NCBI GenBank assembly: GCA_036676395.1
Contig: JAKFCY010000002.1
Span: forward strand, 1,952,001-2,016,000
Source: Bdellovibrio sp.
GTDB taxonomy: Bacteria > Bdellovibrionota > Bdellovibrionia > Bdellovibrionales > Bdellovibrionaceae
Length of the DNA stretch: 64,000 nt
Direction: 5' to 3'
Below, in pieces: positions 8,357-18,304 of this stretch; within the stretch, counting starts at the first letter, position 1, and every line of letters starts with the position of its first letter. The position numbers were made by a program, and so were the translations under genes. The notes beneath the pieces are model-generated. The model was not told the DNA's origin and ran no database searches. It saw only the letters and a list, made by a program, of their open reading frames with translations.

Positions 8357-11300
8357 AGTAAACATTTATTAATAATCGTTCTTCTTTGCACTACGCAATT
8401 CGCGGCGCAATTCACCAATGCAGCCCAAGATGAGGCCAAAGGCCTATTACCTGAAGTTAAACTTAACTCTGATAATGAAGAAGTTAATACTGAAAAAGCT
8501 TTCAAATCTGAAGTGTTAATCACTAAAGCCGAAGCCAAAGCTATTGAGTCTTTAAAAAGGATTATTCAAAAGAAAAAAGGCACTGCCGAAGAAGCAGATT
8601 TACAATACCGCCTGGCCGAACTTTACATGCGTCGCGCTAAGTCGGGCCGTTTTTTTGATTTAAATGAAGGTGCCAGCAATAAGCTTGATAAATTAGGCGT
8701 GCAAAGCCAAAAATCAATCGAGTCGTTAAAATTAGCTATCGACATTTACAACAAAATTGAAAAGCAATTTCCTAATTACAAACAATTAGATGAAGTTCTT
8801 TTTAATAACGCTTTAGCCCACTCGCAAACCAAACAAATTGAGCGCGCTAAAGATTTATATAATAAATTAACCCACCAATTTCCAAAATCTTTTTTAATTC
8901 CTGATGCCCTGCTTGAAGTGGGCGAACTGTATTACAATCAACAGAATTTTTCTGTATCTTTAGACAAATTCAAAGCCATTGAAAAATACCCTAAATCAAA
9001 GGCTTATCCGTATGGTTTATATAAGTCTGCTTGGGCGTTATATAATTTAAAAAGAACTGACGAAGGCGTTCAGCAACTGGTTCAGGTTGTTAAAATCAAC
9101 CCAGCCGATGCACAGGATGAAAAAAAGTACAACTTACGTAAAGAAGCTTTACGTGATTTAACTTTATTTGTAGGTGAAACGACTCCCCCAGAACAGCTGT
9201 ACGGATTTTTCAAAAAACTATGTACTGAAAATGAACTTGGCGAAGTTGTTTACAACTTAGCTAATCTTTACGAATCACATTCGCGTTTTAAAGAGATTTC
9301 AATCTTTGCTAACGAATTTATCAATGAATTTCCGTCGAGCGAACATTCTTCGAAAGTTTACACTAAACTTATTGATGCAGAAGAGACTTTAAAAAACCGC
9401 CCACAGGTGATTTCACACCTTAAAAAATTCGGCAATCATTGCCAATTGTTAGTTGGTGAAAATCAAAAACCTTGTAAAGACAATTTTCGTAAAATTAGTT
9501 TAGAAATCTCTAAAAAATGGTGGGATATCTGGCTTAAAAATAAAAAGCATGTTGAATTTTCTAAGTTAACAGAACAAGCTTTTGAAATTCTACTATCACA
9601 AGAAGATGCGGCACTTCCCGATTCGACATCGCGTTATGCCTATGCAGAGCTGTTATTTCAATTAGAAAAATTTGAGGCAGCGCAGAATAACTATTTTACT
9701 GTTTCTAACCATAAAGGTTTAGATAAGACACGTTCACATGATGCCCTGTATGGCGCTTTATTCAGTGTCGAGAAACAACTAGAAAAAACTAAAGACGAAG
9801 TGCAAGTGGCCATGTTAACAGCTCAGCAAAAAGAGCTGGCTCAACGTTATGTTAAAGAATATCAAAACGGTGAACACTTTGAAAGTTTACAGTTTAAATT
9901 GGGTTTTATCGCGTACCAACAAAAGGAATACGATAAATCATTAGAAATTTTAACACCATTTACAACTAAATCTAAAAACACGCAGCTAAAAACTAAAGCT
10001 GAAGATATTGTATTAGATATTTATAACGTTAAAAAAGATTTTAAAAAAATCATGTCATTCTCTGGCCAGGTTGAAAAATCAGCCACAGATGATAAACGTA
10101 AAAAATATTTAAATCAAATTAATGAAGAAGCTAACTTTGCCCAGGTGCAAGTTGATTCTGCAAACTTAAAGGTTGATAAAAAAATTCAGCTTTTAAAAAA
10201 TTTCGCGTTATCGCATAAAAATTCAAAATTAGGCCAGGATTCATTATGGCAGTGCGTATCGTTAGCTTTTGCTAACGGGCTAGATGTCATGGGCGCCGAT
10301 CTTTCATTAGAGTATGCCAATGCCTACCCTTCTGATAAAAAGAACTTAGATGCCGTAAAAGATGCTGCTAATGCCTATGTTGAAGCCGGCCAGCTTAAAA
10401 AAGCTATTTCAACATTTCGTGAATTAGCGCGACTAGAACCAGCAAAATCTTTTGCTCACTTAGAAACATCTTGTGATTTATTGCGCGTAAATTCGCAATT
10501 ACCAGAAGCACGCGGTTGTTATAAAGCCTTATTTGATAAAGCCGAAAAAACTAAAAAGATCGAACTTCTAACTAAAATGATGAAAGCTTTCGGCGATAAA
10601 AAAAATCATGCAGAACTTGAATCTATTGAAAATCAGATCTTACGCGACAATATTGAACCTTATGCAACGCAAGTATTGATTTCTAAAGCCAGAGACCACT
10701 TAGTGAATAAAAAACATACTGAAGCTTTTAATCTTGCTATGAAAATTAATTCGCGCCCGGTGGATGCTGATGCTCGCGCTGAAGCGCGGTTAATTCAAGC
10801 GGCTGTATTAGAGCACGAATTTATCACTCAAAGCGTAAAAGCCCGTGAAAGTAAGTTTTCAATGGTTTTAGCCATGAAGACTGAAAAATTCGATAAAGCA
10901 TTTACGGCTTATTCATCAACGATCAAAATGTCTAAATCAGATAAGATCCAAGCTGAAGCTTTACAAGGTATTGACCGTTTATATGCTAACTTCGTTGAAG
11001 CATTGACCACTATGCCTGTGCCACAAAGTTTAACGCCAGATGAGCGTGATGGTTTAAAAGCTGAACTTGTGAAAATGTCGACGCCGTTTCAAGAAAAACG
11101 TAAAGAAAATTTAACTAAATTACGCCAAGTTTCAAAACTTTCGGCCACGAATAGCGAAATGATCAACTGGGGTGATTACAGTATCGAAAAAACTGTCGAG
11201 CCACGTTTGTTCTTTCCGTCTTACCAAAAGTTAACTCACTACTTACCGTCTAGTCTTACTGATTACAAAGACTATTCACGTTTACCAGCGTCAGATAAAA

Positions 11301-12010
11301 AGTGTGATTTACAAAAACCAGTCGCATCAAGCATCGGTGGCTGTATTCAGGCTAAACGTTACGCGGATGCAGAGAAAATGGCTCTTAAATTAACAGAGAC
11401 TAAAGAGCAACGTGCTATCGGTCTTTACTATTTAAGTGTTGTTGCTGATGCAAATGATGAAAACGACAAGGCTTTATGGATGATCGAAAAAGCCCAAACG
11501 TTAGAACCGTCTGTGGCCTTCTTTCATTTTCAAAAAGGGAAAGTTCTATATTCTGTCGAAGGAATCAACAGTGCTTTACCGAATTTTGAAAAAGCTTTTG
11601 ACATCAAAAAATCATCTAAAGAAATCACTGTCATGAACGCTTTAAAGTCGTTCTCAGATCGAGATTTTATTACGGCTTCGACTGAATTTTCGCTACTATC
11701 GACAGAAGACCTGTATAATTTTAATGTGGCTGTATTATACGTAGAATCCATTTTACAAAAAGGCGAAACGGCAGAGGCAGTAAGCCTGGCTCAAAGGCTA
11801 GTCAATGCACAGCCTAAAAATGTCGATATGCTTTTAGAGCAAGCCCGTATTTTTGAAGAATTTTCTTTAAAAAAAGAAGACGCCGTCCAGTCTTACCAAA
11901 AAGCCATGGGCGCAACACTGAATGCAGATCAAAAAGACTGGCTTAAAAAGAAAATTGAATTTTTAAAAACGAATAAAAATAGTCAGATTTCAATGAGTGT
12001 GGGTGAATAG
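8354..12010 (+). CDS. Large exported TPR protein, GltD(AgmU)-like, with an extra C-terminal TPR block (possible GltE/AglT fusion)
   Basis: Signal peptide; LAELY, YPYGLYKSAW..YNL, LRKEALRDL and many TPRs; lies between the exbD-like and cglF-like genes. Confidence 0.7.
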   Translation: MSKHLLIIVLLCTTQFAAQFTNAAQDEAKGLLPEVKLNSDNEEVNTEKAFKSEVLITKAEAKAIESLKRIIQKKKGTAEEADLQYRLAELYMRRAKSGRFFDLNEGASNKLDKLGVQSQKSIESLKLAIDIYNKIEKQFPNYKQLDEVLFNNALAHSQTKQIERAKDLYNKLTHQFPKSFLIPDALLEVGELYYNQQNFSVSLDKFKAIEKYPKSKAYPYGLYKSAWALYNLKRTDEGVQQLVQVVKINPADAQDEKKYNLRKEALRDLTLFVGETTPPEQLYGFFKKLCTENELGEVVYNLANLYESHSRFKEISIFANEFINEFPSSEHSSKVYTKLIDAEETLKNRPQVISHLKKFGNHCQLLVGENQKPCKDNFRKISLEISKKWWDIWLKNKKHVEFSKLTEQAFEILLSQEDAALPDSTSRYAYAELLFQLEKFEAAQNNYFTVSNHKGLDKTRSHDALYGALFSVEKQLEKTKDEVQVAMLTAQQKELAQRYVKEYQNGEHFESLQFKLGFIAYQQKEYDKSLEILTPFTTKSKNTQLKTKAEDIVLDIYNVKKDFKKIMSFSGQVEKSATDDKRKKYLNQINEEANFAQVQVDSANLKVDKKIQLLKNFALSHKNSKLGQDSLWQCVSLAFANGLDVMGADLSLEYANAYPSDKKNLDAVKDAANAYVEAGQLKKAISTFRELARLEPAKSFAHLETSCDLLRVNSQLPEARGCYKALFDKAEKTKKIELLTKMMKAFGDKKNHAELESIENQILRDNIEPYATQVLISKARDHLVNKKHTEAFNLAMKINSRPVDADARAEARLIQAAVLEHEFITQSVKARESKFSMVLAMKTEKFDKAFTAYSSTIKMSKSDKIQAEALQGIDRLYANFVEALTTMPVPQSLTPDERDGLKAELVKMSTPFQEKRKENLTKLRQVSKLSATNSEMINWGDYSIEKTVEPRLFFPSYQKLTHYLPSSLTDYKDYSRLPASDKKCDLQKPVASSIGGCIQAKRYADAEKMALKLTETKEQRAIGLYYLSVVADANDENDKALWMIEKAQTLEPSVAFFHFQKGKVLYSVEGINSALPNFEKAFDIKKSSKEITVMNALKSFSDRDFITASTEFSLLSTEDLYNFNVAVLYVESILQKGETAEAVSLAQRLVNAQPKNVDMLLEQARIFEEFSLKKEDAVQSYQKAMGATLNADQKDWLKKKIEFLKTNKNSQISMSVGE

Positions 12011-12011
12011 T

Positions 12012-12278
12012 ATGAACGTAAAATTTTTAGCTTCTATAACATTGGCTTTAATCTTAACTTTTATGCCGTTTATGGTATCTGCAAAAAGCGCAGCGAAAAA
12101 AACGAAAACACGCGACGTTCAGGAAGTTAACTTTGGCGAAATGAACTTAAAAGGTACGATCAGAAATCCTGATGGCGCTTATTTAGTGCAAAAAAAGGGT
12201 ATTAAATTTATGCCATTGCACGATATCCAAAAAGACATGGATAAAAAGATTCGCGAAACTTCACTTTATATTGAATAG
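12012..12278 (+). CDS. Small exported GltF/CglF-like protein
   Basis: Signal peptide, then EVNFGEMNLKGTIRNPDGAYLVQKKGIKFMPL, resembling the CglF F...I.G....P.G.Y....K...F..L pattern; ATG at 12012. Confidence 0.7.
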   Translation: MNVKFLASITLALILTFMPFMVSAKSAAKKTKTRDVQEVNFGEMNLKGTIRNPDGAYLVQKKGIKFMPLHDIQKDMDKKIRETSLYIE

Positions 12279-12305
12279 TTTAATTTAAATACGGAGATAC
12301 TGAAT

Positions 12306-13754
12306 ATGAGTATTTTAAAGATCACACAAACGACACAAGATGGTCGCCGAAAAATCTGGAAGGTCGATACTAAAAAGTCATTACTGACTTTTGGTTCTTC
12401 GCGCAAAACAGACTTTGGCTCGATCGACCGCATGAGCACGCCATTTGATGCTGTTGTTGAAAACCGTCCAGATGGCTGGCATTTTATCAGCTTCGATATG
12501 AAGAATACGTCACCGGATTTAAAAATCGCGGATAACACTTCATTTGAATTTGCTGAATCAAAATTATTATTTAATATCGTTGAGAAAGAGGAATTTGTTC
12601 TTAGTGGCTTAGAAAACGTGAACCCCCAAATTACTACTAAGGGCACTAAGAAAAAAATTCTTATCGTTTCTAGAAACGGTAAAATTTTAAAAACTGAAGT
12701 TAAAGATGTTAATTACACTTTAACTTATTCAATCGGTGGCATTTCGCACACCCTACCCTTTAAAGGTAACGATTCATGGGAACACCATGAAATCGAAGGT
12801 TTTAATTTCAAATCTAAATTAATGAACTTAAATGAAGTGACTGATTTAGAAAAAAATCCTAACGAAGGCCTGGTTGATAAAGAAGGCAAAAAAATGTTGA
12901 TCCTGACTTTAGGAGCGATGTTTTTGTTCGTGGGTATCGGAGTTTTTGTACCAAAAAAAGATCTACTTGAAGAATTAACTGTACCGAAATCAAGCTCAAG
13001 CCTGGTTGTAAAAATGGAGTTCAAAAAACCTAAAGAAAAATCTGCAGGTCAACCGACTCCGGTTAAAATCAAACAAGCTGCGGCTACGGCACAAACTAAC
13101 CCTGCTGCTGGCGGCGGTAAAGTAAACGCCCTTTTAAAAGGTGCGATCGGCGTTCGTATTTCACAACTTATGGGTAAAGTTTCTGCGACCGAAGCGCGGA
13201 CCGCACAAGTTTTAGTAACTACATCAGGAGTTAAAGCTGGTGATGCTGATTCAGGCCGTGCCTTAGCTGCTGTTGGTAAAGCTGATTCATCAGGCCGTAA
13301 CTGGAATGGTGAAGCTACGGCTACTGCTGGTGGTAAAGGTGTATCAACTGGTGGCGTAGGTGCCGGCAAAGGCACTAGCGCAATGGGTACTGGCTTAGCG
13401 GCTGGTAAAACCGGTTCAGGTGGTGTTGGCCTTATCGAAGAAGAATCTGAAGTGGTTGGCGGTTTAGATCGCGAAGTTATCGCACAATATATCAAATCAC
13501 AACTTGGACAAATTCTTTATTGTTACGAACGCCAATTATCAGCAAATCCTGATTTATACGGTAAAGTGGCCGTGAAATTCACGATCGCCGGTACTGGCCA
13601 AGTTGAAACACAAGCTATTAACCAAACAACTTTAAAAAGTGTTCCGGTTGAAGGCTGTATCTTAAATAAAATCGCTAAATGGAAGTTTCCAGAGCCTAAA
13701 GGCGGAACGAAAGTGGTTGTGACCTACCCGTTCTTATTTAAGAGTACGAATTAA
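12306..13754 (+). CDS. GltG/PglI(AgmX)-like protein: N-terminal cytoplasmic (FHA-like) region, TM, Gly-rich linker, TonB-C-like domain
   Basis: C-terminal GGLDREVIAQYI...ILYCYERQL..NPDLYGKV.VKFTI...CI...WKFPEPKGG..V.VTYPF. Confidence 0.8.
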   Translation: MSILKITQTTQDGRRKIWKVDTKKSLLTFGSSRKTDFGSIDRMSTPFDAVVENRPDGWHFISFDMKNTSPDLKIADNTSFEFAESKLLFNIVEKEEFVLSGLENVNPQITTKGTKKKILIVSRNGKILKTEVKDVNYTLTYSIGGISHTLPFKGNDSWEHHEIEGFNFKSKLMNLNEVTDLEKNPNEGLVDKEGKKMLILTLGAMFLFVGIGVFVPKKDLLEELTVPKSSSSLVVKMEFKKPKEKSAGQPTPVKIKQAAATAQTNPAAGGGKVNALLKGAIGVRISQLMGKVSATEARTAQVLVTTSGVKAGDADSGRALAAVGKADSSGRNWNGEATATAGGKGVSTGGVGAGKGTSAMGTGLAAGKTGSGGVGLIEEESEVVGGLDREVIAQYIKSQLGQILYCYERQLSANPDLYGKVAVKFTIAGTGQVETQAINQTTLKSVPVEGCILNKIAKWKFPEPKGGTKVVVTYPFLFKSTN

Positions 13755-13846
13755 TTTAGCTGTAATTTATTGGGTTGCACCCAAATATATTTAAGGGTTT
13801 AAAAAAATAACTTTAGGTAAAGGCCTAAGTAAAACAAAACGAGGAA

Positions 13847-14617
13847 ATGAAAAAGAACCAATTACTTCTTGCAGTTGCAACAATGATGTTATTCACCGCT
13901 CAACAGGCCTTCGCGCAATCAGCTTCTGGAACAATCAGAAGTTCTGATAAAGTTGATTTAAAAAAATTAGAAGATAAATACTGGTCTGCTAAAGATGAAG
14001 ACTACGGTGTTATCCAAAACAGAACTTACTCAAAAGCACAAAAATTTTATGGATCTCTTGTCGCCGGTACCTTAATCAATGACCCGTTTGCAGAAGCTAA
14101 ACCAATGGGCGCCATGCTTGGTTATTACTTCACAGAAGATTTCGGCGTCGAATTAAGCTATTTAAACCACGATGCAGATAAGAATGAAACTGTTGAAAAG
14201 TTAAATTCAGTCAACGTGGCGGTTTCGCCAAATTACAACTTAGTTAAAAATGCCATTACAGCTTCGGCAACGTACACGCCGTTTTATGCAAAGATGGCGT
14301 TTATGAATAAATCGATCATGTACTTTGACATGGGATTTACAGCAGGTCTTGGGATGACAACTTATGACCAAGTTTCAACACCTTCGCAAGGTGCTGCCGA
14401 ACAGTTGACTTCAAAGTCGACTCCGCATTTTGAACTGGGTTTTATGCAGCAGTTATTTATCAGTAAGAATTTTGCATTTCGTTTGGATTTAAAAAATACA
14501 TTCTATTCGCAAAAAGTAGTTCCTTACCAGTCAAATTTTAATACCACAACTGGTGAAGAAACTAAATCGTCGAATGATACGACATTAACATTCGGTGTAA
14601 CGTTATTTACGAATTAA
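13847..14617 (+). CDS. Outer-membrane beta-barrel, GltA/GltB-like
   Basis: Signal peptide; VIQNR.YSK, NDPF, TPFYAK, YFD motifs; C-terminal beta strand. Confidence 0.75.
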   Translation: MKKNQLLLAVATMMLFTAQQAFAQSASGTIRSSDKVDLKKLEDKYWSAKDEDYGVIQNRTYSKAQKFYGSLVAGTLINDPFAEAKPMGAMLGYYFTEDFGVELSYLNHDADKNETVEKLNSVNVAVSPNYNLVKNAITASATYTPFYAKMAFMNKSIMYFDMGFTAGLGMTTYDQVSTPSQGAAEQLTSKSTPHFELGFMQQLFISKNFAFRLDLKNTFYSQKVVPYQSNFNTTTGEETKSSNDTTLTFGVTLFTN

Positions 14618-14631
14618 TAGGGATATTTAAG

Positions 14632-14680
14632 ATGACTTTATTTTCAATTAAAAAGGATGAAGTAAATATGATGTTTCATG
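14632..14680 (+). repeat. 49-nt leader repeat, copy B, ending in the ATG of the TPR gene at 14678
   Basis: Same length and core as copy A (8308-8356). Confidence 0.85.
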
Positions 14681-16741
14681 TCTACAAATAAATTTATTCT
14701 GGCCTTTGCTACACTAATGCTAGCAGTTTCGGCTGTTAACGCTCAAAAAGCCGCACCGAAATCGGCTGCAGCCAAACCTAAGATCGTTAACCTTTCTCGC
14801 GTGAATGTTCCAAGCGAAAAAGTGTTTCAACCAAAAGATGTCGGCGTACAATTGCCTGCGGCAAAGTCTTTTGTCGCTGTGAAATACAAAACTATTCTAT
14901 CACCAGGGGTAGTTGTTGTTCCGACAACAATAAAGCCTATTCCAGTTGTAGAAGCTGCCAAAGTGGTGATTAAGCCTGAACATATTGCGCAAATTCCGAT
15001 GGTTAAACCCGTTGATTTAGGTTTAGAGCCTATTCTTAACGAACCACAGCCTGAAGTGCAAAATCTAGTCGAAATTAAACCTGAAGAATACAAAATGATT
15101 CAGGCCCTAATTTTTATTGAATACCACAAACGTTATGACTTAGCGATGCCACTGTTTGTTGAATTAATGGATGTGCCATTGTACCAACAGCAAGCGACCT
15201 TTCACTACGCTGAAACGGCCTTAGGTTTAAAATTATATTCTGAATTTCGTCAAAAAATGCTGCAAATTTCGAAAGAGGCCAAAGATTTATCTATTAAAAA
15301 AATGGCTATCGAATCTTTAGTTAAAAATATGCAGCATTTGCCAATCTCAGATATTGAAATGATCGATCCAGTGGCTAAGCAATTTGATGTCGACACTGTT
15401 AATTTTCCGGCTTATCTATTGAAAAAAGCTAAGTACTATTCTGAAAAAGGCGATTTAAAAGAATTCGAAAATGCATTACTTTTAATTCCGACTGATTCAG
15501 CTGAGTATAAAGAAGGAACCCTTTTAAAATCAGTGCTTAATTACCGTCGTGGCCAATTAGACGAAGCTATCACTGAATTAGAAGTATTATGGCCATCAGT
15601 TGAAGAAAAGAAAAAAGACCCGATCAGGAATTTAGCGGCTTTAACATTAGCCCGTCTTAATTTTCAAAAAGGCGAATATAAAACAGCCTACAAATATTAC
15701 CTCTTAGTTGATAAAAATTCAGGCCAATGGCTGCAAAGTATGGTTGAACAAGCTTGGACACAAATCTTAGCTAACGATAATATTGGTGCTGCTGGTAATA
15801 TGTTTACCCTGCACACTGAGTTTTTCAGCAAATCTTATGCTCCAGAGACTTATGTTGTGCGCACTGTGGGCTATTTAAATTTATGCCAATACGGTGATGG
15901 CGTACACATTCTTGAAGATTTAAATAAACGTTATAAAGCAATTCATGAAGGTTTAGAAGGCTATCAAAAAGCCAACACTCAAGGCATGGCTTATTATGAT
16001 TTAGTTAAATCATTCTTAAAAAACACAAAACAAGAAAACTTTGACGGTGTTCCGCGTTCGTTCGTTGTTGAGCTGGCCCGTCACCCGTCTTATATGAACA
16101 TTCAGTCGCAAATCAACTCTTACGAAGATGAAAATTCTCGCTTTAACAAAGTGACTATTGACTTAATTCGCAAAGAGCGTGATGCACGTTTAGAAATGTT
16201 AAAAGCTAAAAACGAATTTACAGCCGCACAGCGCGAAGGCCGTAAAGGCGATAGCTTACGCAATCTAGAGAAAAAATACTTGTCTAAAGGTGTCGAGCAT
16301 TTAATTTACTCTCGTGCCCGCACAGGTATTAAAAAAATGCGTGAGGCAGCTCTTGCCCGCCTGACGAAAGAAGAAAACACCTTACGCGAAAAAGCTGGCA
16401 AAAATTTACAGGCACGCTTTGGTGTGTTAGCGGCAACACTTGATCGTTTAATCGATCAACAAGAAGTCTTAAGTTATGAAATCTATTCTGGAGCTGGCGA
16501 ACACATCCGTTACCAAATGGCTGGCGGCGAAGCTAAAAACACCGACGCAAGTAAACAACCAGCGTCTTTAACTCCAGACGATAAAGATAACTATGCGTGG
16601 AAATTTAAAGGCGAAGTTTGGGATGATGAAATCGGTCATTACCGCTCATCATTAAAAAATGTGTGTCCATCAGACGATCGCACGCCGAGCTCTGAGAATG
16701 CTTCAACAGACACAGCCGAAGACAAAGAAAGCCATAACTAA
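14678..16741 (+). CDS. Exported TPR/coiled-coil protein, GltC-like
   Basis: Signal peptide; EQAW, FTLH..F...YAPE, YLNLCQY; C-terminal W.FKGEVWDDEIGHYRSSLKNVC. Confidence 0.75.
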   Translation: MSTNKFILAFATLMLAVSAVNAQKAAPKSAAAKPKIVNLSRVNVPSEKVFQPKDVGVQLPAAKSFVAVKYKTILSPGVVVVPTTIKPIPVVEAAKVVIKPEHIAQIPMVKPVDLGLEPILNEPQPEVQNLVEIKPEEYKMIQALIFIEYHKRYDLAMPLFVELMDVPLYQQQATFHYAETALGLKLYSEFRQKMLQISKEAKDLSIKKMAIESLVKNMQHLPISDIEMIDPVAKQFDVDTVNFPAYLLKKAKYYSEKGDLKEFENALLLIPTDSAEYKEGTLLKSVLNYRRGQLDEAITELEVLWPSVEEKKKDPIRNLAALTLARLNFQKGEYKTAYKYYLLVDKNSGQWLQSMVEQAWTQILANDNIGAAGNMFTLHTEFFSKSYAPETYVVRTVGYLNLCQYGDGVHILEDLNKRYKAIHEGLEGYQKANTQGMAYYDLVKSFLKNTKQENFDGVPRSFVVELARHPSYMNIQSQINSYEDENSRFNKVTIDLIRKERDARLEMLKAKNEFTAAQREGRKGDSLRNLEKKYLSKGVEHLIYSRARTGIKKMREAALARLTKEENTLREKAGKNLQARFGVLAATLDRLIDQQEVLSYEIYSGAGEHIRYQMAGGEAKNTDASKQPASLTPDDKDNYAWKFKGEVWDDEIGHYRSSLKNVCPSDDRTPSSENASTDTAEDKESHN

Positions 16742-16769
16742 TTTTTAATTTTTATAAAAGGAATAATTT

Positions 16770-17432
16770 ATGAAACAGACACAAAAGACAATTTTAACTA
16801 TCAGCGCAATCACAGCCATCAGTTTTTCTGCAGTCATAGCTTTTGCTGATCCCTATTCAGCACAAACTGGTCTTGAAAAAATTAAAATCAATGTTGAAAC
16901 CGCAAAGGCCAACAAAGGTGATTACGAAAAAAACTTAAGCATGATTAACGGCAATATGTCTGAGCTAGGCAAAGCCAAAGGCCAGGCCCAAAAGCAAAAA
17001 GATTCAGTGAATTCTGAAATCGTAAATAATAACGAAGCCCTTAAAAAAGTCGTCTTACAAGAAAAAGAATTACAAGCCTTAATCACCGCTGAAGAAACAA
17101 AGCGTGCCGAAGAAGAAAAACAACTGAAAGAGTTAGAAAGACTAACAACGCAAATTGGCGAAAACCAAAAAAAGCGCGAACAAATTATTGCTGATTATAA
17201 AAAGCAGATGGAACTTGTCGCTGAAGAGAAAAAATCATGGAAAGGCCGCGAAGGCGAACTGCGCGCGCAAGAAACAAAAACCATCGATGCATTACGTGGT
17301 TTAGCTTCACAAGAAGTGGCCTGGAACACAAAAAAGAAAACTTATGAATCAGAAGTTAAAAAATGGTCTTCAGAGCTTGATAAACAACAAAAAATCTCTG
17401 AAACATACCAAGGTTTAAAAGAGAACAAATAG
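16770..17432 (+). CDS. Exported coiled-coil protein, last gene of the cluster
   Basis: Signal peptide (AFA|D); K/E/Q-rich heptads; AAGGA SD. Confidence 0.7.
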   Translation: MKQTQKTILTISAITAISFSAVIAFADPYSAQTGLEKIKINVETAKANKGDYEKNLSMINGNMSELGKAKGQAQKQKDSVNSEIVNNNEALKKVVLQEKELQALITAEETKRAEEEKQLKELERLTTQIGENQKKREQIIADYKKQMELVAEEKKSWKGREGELRAQETKTIDALRGLASQEVAWNTKKKTYESEVKKWSSELDKQQKISETYQGLKENK

Positions 17433-17460
17433 CAACCCAACCTAAAACATTATTACTATG

Positions 17461-17489
17461 AGGCGAAGAACTTTGGTTTTTCGCCTTTT
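17461..17489 (+). terminator. Intrinsic terminator closing the motor cluster
   Basis: AGGCGAAGAAC-TTTG-GTTTTTCGCCT hairpin followed by TTT. Confidence 0.7.
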
Positions 17490-17561
17490 GTATTTTTAAA
17501 CTAAATAAACTTACGTCTAGTGCCGAATAGACTACTGTAAACACAAATTTGCAGAGGTTTT

Positions 17562-18296
17562 ATGTTTCTGTTGTATTTCATAGGTTTTCACGCGCTTTTG
17601 ATATTATCCGAATCTGCTTATGTAAAGCGACTACATAATAAAAAAGATCGCGTAGTCATTACCGACAAGCGAGCAGCTGATTTTCTAAACTACTTCATCG
17701 AATATATCGTTCTTTCTAGGTATTCGTTTTGCGGATATAAAAATAATATTAAAGGCAACTTAAGGATTTTGTCCGCAATTTCGCTGACGATATTTCTAGG
17801 TGCACTAGTTGATTTTATCTGCAATTTATTCGGAATTACTTTTTCGCTGGTTAAGCTAAATACAGGCTATATTAACTTAGAATTTTCGCTTCTAGTAACT
17901 GGGTTTGGTCTTTGCATTTCAACTTTTATCCTAGAACGCAGCCATCTTCACAAGAAATGGGAATTTTTAGCACAGCTACAAAATAAAGTTTTCGAAACAG
18001 ATCTCGGAATCAAAAGAGACATTTTAAATGCAACACTAACGTTACATCTGATCGAAATGGAAATGTGGTCGCATAAATCATTTCGAGATCGCTTTATTTC
18101 AGCATTTGCCTTGGCTAATTCTACGGCCAAAGGCGAGTACCCATTTAAAATAAATAGCTTAAAATATGCTGAGGATGATGTCCTCAAGACAACTTTTACA
18201 AAGAAAGAGGCCCTGGGAAGCGTCATGGCATACCAAAATATTCTGTTAAACAGACAAAAATTCGACAAAACATTTCAAGAACTTCAAGCCAGCTAA
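17562..18296 (+). CDS. Hypothetical membrane protein
   Basis: 244-aa ORF with about 3 hydrophobic segments; GAGG SD; TAAA-N16-GCCGAATA upstream (17502-17529). Confidence 0.6.
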   Translation: MFLLYFIGFHALLILSESAYVKRLHNKKDRVVITDKRAADFLNYFIEYIVLSRYSFCGYKNNIKGNLRILSAISLTIFLGALVDFICNLFGITFSLVKLNTGYINLEFSLLVTGFGLCISTFILERSHLHKKWEFLAQLQNKVFETDLGIKRDILNATLTLHLIEMEMWSHKSFRDRFISAFALANSTAKGEYPFKINSLKYAEDDVLKTTFTKKEALGSVMAYQNILLNRQKFDKTFQELQAS

Positions 18297-18304
18297 TTAA
18301 ACAA

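Noticed and set aside
13049..13495. Pro/Ala-rich antisense ORF, and other nested ORFs in the track (e.g. 22683-23264, 32060-32518, 56321-56659, 62985-63188)
   Set aside because: Shadow frames of well-supported genes with no recognisable motifs
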